Assembly (NCBI GenBank): GCA_964493885.1 | Contig: CAZBPV010000002.1 | Location: forward strand, 15,614 to 79,613 | Origin: Candidatus Woesearchaeota archaeon | GTDB taxonomy: Archaea; Nanobdellota; Nanobdellia; Pacearchaeales; GW2011-AR1 | Length of the DNA: 64,000 nucleotides | Direction of reading: 5' to 3' | Shown here: piece after piece, positions 63,093 through 64,000 of the stretch | Position numbering within the stretch: the stretch's first letter is position 1 | How the letters are laid out: each line of letters opens with the position of its first letter | Program-made: the position numbers and the translations under genes | Notes under the pieces: generated by a model | Told to the model about the DNA's origin: nothing | Database searches by the model: none | The model's input: the letters and a program-made list of their open reading frames with translations, nothing else

Positions 63093-64000
63093 ATGAAGCA
63101 AATAGATTTATCAAACTTTCAGAAAAATAGAACTTATATAGAGGATGTTTTTAAGAGTAAAAAGGATAAAGTTGAAATAGCTGGATGGGTTTATGATTCA
63201 AGGGCATTGGGGAAAATAAAATTTATCTTAATCAAAGATATTTCTGGAGTGATTCAAGTAACTGCAGTAAAATCTAAAGTAAGTGAAGATATTTTTAATG
63301 AGATAGATAAGATTTCAAGAGAGAGTGTTATATATGTAAAAGGGAAGGTAGTTGATTCTAAGCAAGCTCCTGGAGGGAAAGAAATTATCCCCGAAGAGTT
63401 AATTGTATTAGCTAAAGCAGAAGAACTTCCTATTGATGTTACTGATTTTTCAAAGACAGAACTTCCTAAAAGGCTGGATTATAGGTTTTTGGATTTGCAT
63501 CGAACTAAGACTCAGGCTATTTTTAAAATTCAAAATGAAATTGCTAATGGATTTAGAGAGCATTTTTACAAAAAAGGATTTATTGAAATGCAGTCTCCAT
63601 GCATTATTTCTGCTGCATCTGAAGGAGGAACTGACTTGTTTGAAGTTAAATATTTTGAAAAAAAGGGATTTTTAGCTCAGAGCCCTCAGTTATACAAGCA
63701 AATGCTGGCTTGTTCTGTTGGAAAGACCGTCACAATTACTCCGGTATGGAGAGCAGAGAAACATAATACTACAAGACATATCAATGAAATAAGACAAATG
63801 GATATTGAGATGGCTTTTGCAAATCAGGAAGTTGTTATGAAGCAGCTTGAAGAAGTTATTAAAGAAATTGTTGAGAGAGTAATTAAAAATTGCAAAAAAG
63901 AATTAGATATTCTTGGTATGAAATTAAAGATTCCTAAGGGAGTTTATTTGAGTTATGAAGAAGCAATTAAAAAAGTTAAAGGAAAGATTGGAGAGGATTT
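63093..64000 (+). CDS. aspS: aspartyl-tRNA synthetase (archaeal type), 3'-truncated by the window edge
   Basis: OB-fold N-terminus VEIAGWVYDSRALGKIKFILIKD, FLAQSPQLYKQ, PVWRAEKHNTTRHINEIRQMDIEMAF. The frame is open to the window end. Confidence 0.85.
   Translation, partial: MKQIDLSNFQKNRTYIEDVFKSKKDKVEIAGWVYDSRALGKIKFILIKDISGVIQVTAVKSKVSEDIFNEIDKISRESVIYVKGKVVDSKQAPGGKEIIPEELIVLAKAEELPIDVTDFSKTELPKRLDYRFLDLHRTKTQAIFKIQNEIANGFREHFYKKGFIEMQSPCIISAASEGGTDLFEVKYFEKKGFLAQSPQLYKQMLACSVGKTVTITPVWRAEKHNTTRHINEIRQMDIEMAFANQEVVMKQLEEVIKEIVERVIKNCKKELDILGMKLKIPKGVYLSYEEAIKKVKGKIGED

Noticed and set aside
63433-63675. 80-aa plus-strand ORF
   Set aside because: It is out of frame within the clearly recognisable aspS coding region, which starts at 63093.

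Overview
Strongly AT-rich archaeal chromosome segment with a reduced, DPANN-like character. Archaeal markers include TFB, TFE, ribosomal proteins eS1/eL42/eS8/eS17, an Sm-like protein, tRNA-splicing endonuclease, RNase Z, deoxyhypusine synthase and GatD/GatE. The core content is translation-centred: Gly-, Leu-, Ala-, Pro- and (partial) Asp-tRNA synthetases, GatB/GatD/GatE, and eight tRNA genes, five of which carry bulge-helix-bulge introns at 37/38. Accessory material is interspersed. (1) The best-supported special system is a complete diversity-generating retroelement at 55404-57413. Its target gene has an 85-nt C-terminal variable region, and an 85-nt template repeat lies 357 nt downstream; the two differ at 16 positions, all of them template adenines. 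A DGR-type reverse transcriptase follows, and no Avd is seen. (2) A cell-surface island at 15895-33123 encodes 1723-aa and 2950-aa proteins. The 2950-aa protein has two TM segments and a cytoplasmic tandem-HTH tail, and eight phased copies of a 17-nt motif lie upstream of it. (3) A second giant-protein operon lies at 1944-10582. (4) A free-standing LAGLIDADG endonuclease gene sits between two intron-containing tRNA-Arg genes, next to a degenerate tRNA 3' half. (5) Short duplications of tRNA ends occur at three loci. (6) VapBC and HEPN/MNT toxin-antitoxin pairs are present. No rRNA genes or CRISPR arrays were seen. All calls rest on reading the ORF translations and the DNA by eye; no database search was run.
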